A stretch of 32,000 nt of DNA, from positions 1,230,001-1,262,000 of the forward strand of contig NC_000964.3 in the NCBI RefSeq assembly GCF_000009045.1. Reading direction: 5' to 3'. Under the pieces are notes generated by a model. It made no database searches. It was not told the DNA's origin and saw nothing but the letters and a program-made list of their open reading frames with translations. This DNA is from Bacillus subtilis subsp. subtilis str. 168. GTDB taxonomy: Bacteria; Bacillota; Bacilli; Bacillales; Bacillaceae. Position numbers and translations under genes: made by a program. Of the stretch, positions 29,614-32,000 are shown in pieces. Every line of letters starts with the position of its first letter. The stretch's first letter is position 1.

Positions 29614-30778
29614 ACACAATTGGACGCTGGAAACCCAGCTCGTGCACAATCCATTTAAAACAGACGGCGGAACCGGGGCAGTCAGTGTACCGATTCAGCA
29701 CGCCTCGACTTTTCACCAATCTTCATTTGAAGAGTTCGGGGCATATGATTACAGCCGCTCTGGCACGCCGACAAGAACAGCTCTCGAAGAAACAATTGCC
29801 GCACTGGAAGGCGGAACAAGAGGATTTGCTTTCAGTTCAGGCATGGCTGCCATCTCAACAGCATTTTTACTGCTGTCACAGGGTGATCACGTTCTTGTGA
29901 CAGAAGATGTATACGGCGGAACCTTCCGTATGGTGACAGAGGTGCTGACCCGGTTTGGCATTGAGCATACGTTTGTCGACATGACGGATCGTAATGAAGT
30001 GGCGCGGAGCATCAAGCCGAACACAAAGGTCATTTATATGGAGACGCCATCAAATCCGACACTTGGGATTACGGATATTAAAGCAGTTGTTCAGCTTGCA
30101 AAAGAAAACGGCTGCCTGACCTTTCTGGACAATACATTCATGACGCCGGCACTGCAGCGTCCGCTTGATCTCGGCGTGGATATTGTACTTCACAGCGCGA
30201 CAAAATTCTTAAGCGGACACAGCGATGTGCTCTCAGGTTTGGCTGCTGTCAAAGATGAAGAGCTTGGGAAGCAGCTGTATAAGCTACAAAACGCGTTCGG
30301 CGCCGTCCTTGGCGTGCAAGATTGCTGGCTTGTCCTGCGCGGATTAAAAACATTGCAGGTCCGTTTAGAGAAAGCGAGTCAAACAGCTCAGCGGCTTGCG
30401 GAATTTTTCCAGAAGCACCCGGCGGTCAAGCGCGTGTATTATCCGGGACTGGCTGATCATCCCGGCGCTGAAACCCATAAAAGCCAGTCAACGGGAGCGG
30501 GCGCCGTGCTATCTTTTGAGCTTGAAAGCAAAGAGGCCGTTAAGAAGTTAGTCGAGAATGTGTCACTCCCAGTCTTCGCTGTCAGCCTTGGCGCCGTGGA
30601 ATCGATTTTGTCCTATCCGGCAACGATGTCTCATGCGGCAATGCCTAAGGAAGAGCGTGAAAAACGCGGTATCACTGATGGCCTGCTCCGTCTGAGTGTC
30701 GGCGTCGAACATGCAGACGATTTAGAACACGATTTCGAACAAGCGCTGAAAGAAATTGCTCCAGTTTCGGTTCGTTAA
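29606..30778 (+). CDS. metC: MetC, cystathionine beta-lyase
   Basis: DYSRSGTPTRTALEETIAALEGG..., HSATKFLSGHSDVLSG; overlaps metI stop by 8 nt. Confidence 0.95.
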   Translation: MSKHNWTLETQLVHNPFKTDGGTGAVSVPIQHASTFHQSSFEEFGAYDYSRSGTPTRTALEETIAALEGGTRGFAFSSGMAAISTAFLLLSQGDHVLVTEDVYGGTFRMVTEVLTRFGIEHTFVDMTDRNEVARSIKPNTKVIYMETPSNPTLGITDIKAVVQLAKENGCLTFLDNTFMTPALQRPLDLGVDIVLHSATKFLSGHSDVLSGLAAVKDEELGKQLYKLQNAFGAVLGVQDCWLVLRGLKTLQVRLEKASQTAQRLAEFFQKHPAVKRVYYPGLADHPGAETHKSQSTGAGAVLSFELESKEAVKKLVENVSLPVFAVSLGAVESILSYPATMSHAAMPKEEREKRGITDGLLRLSVGVEHADDLEHDFEQALKEIAPVSVR

Positions 30779-30812
30779 AAAAGAAGCCGGGGATAGTCCG
30801 GCTTCTTTTATT
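30779..30812. terminator. Terminator between convergent metC and yjcK
   Basis: AAAAGAAGCCGG-GGATAGT-CCGGCTTCTTTTATT. Confidence 0.85.
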
Positions 30813-31356
30813 ATTGTTCGTCATCAGGATTCAGAATCGCGAGGACTTGATGATCCTCCCAAACGCCATTAATTTTTACATTTTTTCGGGCGATGCCTTC
30901 TTTATGAAATCCCGCTTTTTCTAAAACACGCATGGACCCGAGATTACGGGGCATCACACCGGCTTCAATCCGATGCAGTTTCAATTCGTGGAACGCATAA
31001 TCAACAACCAATCTGACTGCCTCTGTCATAATGCCCTTTCCATTATGGGCTTTGTCTAAAAAATACCCGATGAACGCAGTTTGCAGCGCGCCACGGATGA
31101 TTTGAAAGAGCGAAACCGTCCCGATTAATCTATCGTCTGACGCTGTAAAGATGCCAAAATGATATTCTTCATCTTTCTCAAGTCTTTCCTGATACTCGGT
31201 TATTCGTTTTCTTTGCCCCTCAACCGTATAGTAATCGTCTGCGCGTATCATAGAAAACTGTTCGAAAAAATCTCGATTTTCGCTTTGCAGCCCCAGATTT
31301 TCTTCGGCATCCGTTACTTCTAAAGGTCTAACATAAATGGTTTTTCCTTTTAACAT
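30811..31356 (-). CDS. yjcK: RimJ/RimL-type GNAT acetyltransferase YjcK
   Basis: IYVRPLEVTDAEENL, GYFLDKAHNGKGIMTEAVRLVVDYAFHELKLHRIEAGVMPRNLGSMRVLEKAGFHKEG. Confidence 0.9.
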   Translation of the reverse strand: MLKGKTIYVRPLEVTDAEENLGLQSENRDFFEQFSMIRADDYYTVEGQRKRITEYQERLEKDEEYHFGIFTASDDRLIGTVSLFQIIRGALQTAFIGYFLDKAHNGKGIMTEAVRLVVDYAFHELKLHRIEAGVMPRNLGSMRVLEKAGFHKEGIARKNVKINGVWEDHQVLAILNPDDEQ

Positions 31357-31425
31357 ATAGTGATCTCTCCGTTCTCATGTCAGCATTCCTCTTACATTAT
31401 TCTCAGGGAAATGCAAATATCCTTT

Positions 31426-32000
31426 TTATAAGAAGGAAGAAAACCAATTTCCCATAAAAGTGCCAACATAGTTGCCGATTAAGTAGCCGAGCGTACCGAC
31501 AAGCATGATCGGGGCGACAAGCTCCCGCCATCCCTTGGCAATTGCCATCGCAGCCGCAGTCGTCGGTCCCCCGACAGTAGCGTTGACGGCGAGCAGAATT
31601 TCTTCAAGCCGCACACGGAACAATTTTCCGGCAGCTAAGGAAACCGCTAAATTGCTAATCGCAATGATAAACACGAATAATAGAATAAGAGGCGCATTCG
31701 TGACGATTAAGCGGAGATCTGCAGGAATGCCGATCACCACAAAAAACAAATAAATCAAAAAGGTTCCAAGCTCCTGAGATCCATTGAGCCTTTCAAAAAA
31801 ACGCGGGAAAAGAAAAATGATAAGAACAGTTAAAGACGTAAGAACCAGGTACTGATCGCCAAGCGTACCGGTCAGCAGGGGATGAGAAAAAATGCTTTTA
31901 AAATAACCGGAAACCTTCATACTAACCGCAACAAGCGCGAAAGCGGCACCGGCATTAAAAGCGATATCCTTTAAGGAAATATCCTTCCGTTTCCAATAGC
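31426..32000 (-). CDS. yjcL: DUF819-type integral membrane protein YjcL, truncated by window edge
   Basis: The frame of the 31426..31920 ORF is open past the listed Met to the window edge (YWKRKDISLKDIAFNAGAAFALVAVSMKV...), so only the C-terminal part is present. Confidence 0.85.
   Translation of the reverse strand, partial: YWKRKDISLKDIAFNAGAAFALVAVSMKVSGYFKSIFSHPLLTGTLGDQYLVLTSLTVLIIFLFPRFFERLNGSQELGTFLIYLFFVVIGIPADLRLIVTNAPLILLFVFIIAISNLAVSLAAGKLFRVRLEEILLAVNATVGGPTTAAAMAIAKGWRELVAPIMLVGTLGYLIGNYVGTFMGNWFSSFL

Overview
The whole window reads as an ordinary, gene-dense Firmicutes chromosomal segment. Gene content and order match the yjb-yjc region of Bacillus subtilis; this is recognised from the proteins, no database search was run. 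Left to right: the C-terminal part of coiA; pepF; a small yizD-like ORF; an sRNA locus matching RoxS/RsaE; spxH-globin; cwlQ; CYTH protein; yjbL-sasB-nadF-yjbO; prpE; yjbQ antiporter; TPP riboswitch and tenA-tenI-thiO-thiS-thiG-thiF-thiD; fabI; spore coat genes cotO and cotVWXYZ; yjcA and small sporulation-type ORFs; spoVIF; yjcD helicase; yjcF-yjcG-yjcH; SAM riboswitch with metI-metC; yjcK; and truncated yjcL. I found no mobile element, CRISPR array, rRNA/tRNA or defence-type cassette, and no convincing undescribed multi-gene system. The most interesting signals are in non-coding DNA: the sRNA with its promoter and two inverted repeats, a perfect 16-bp palindrome in the yjbK/yjbL divergent region, and a hairpin-bearing leader before yjbQ. 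Others are alternative start sites (pepF, cwlQ, yjbO) and small ORFs missing from or mis-started in the ORF track.
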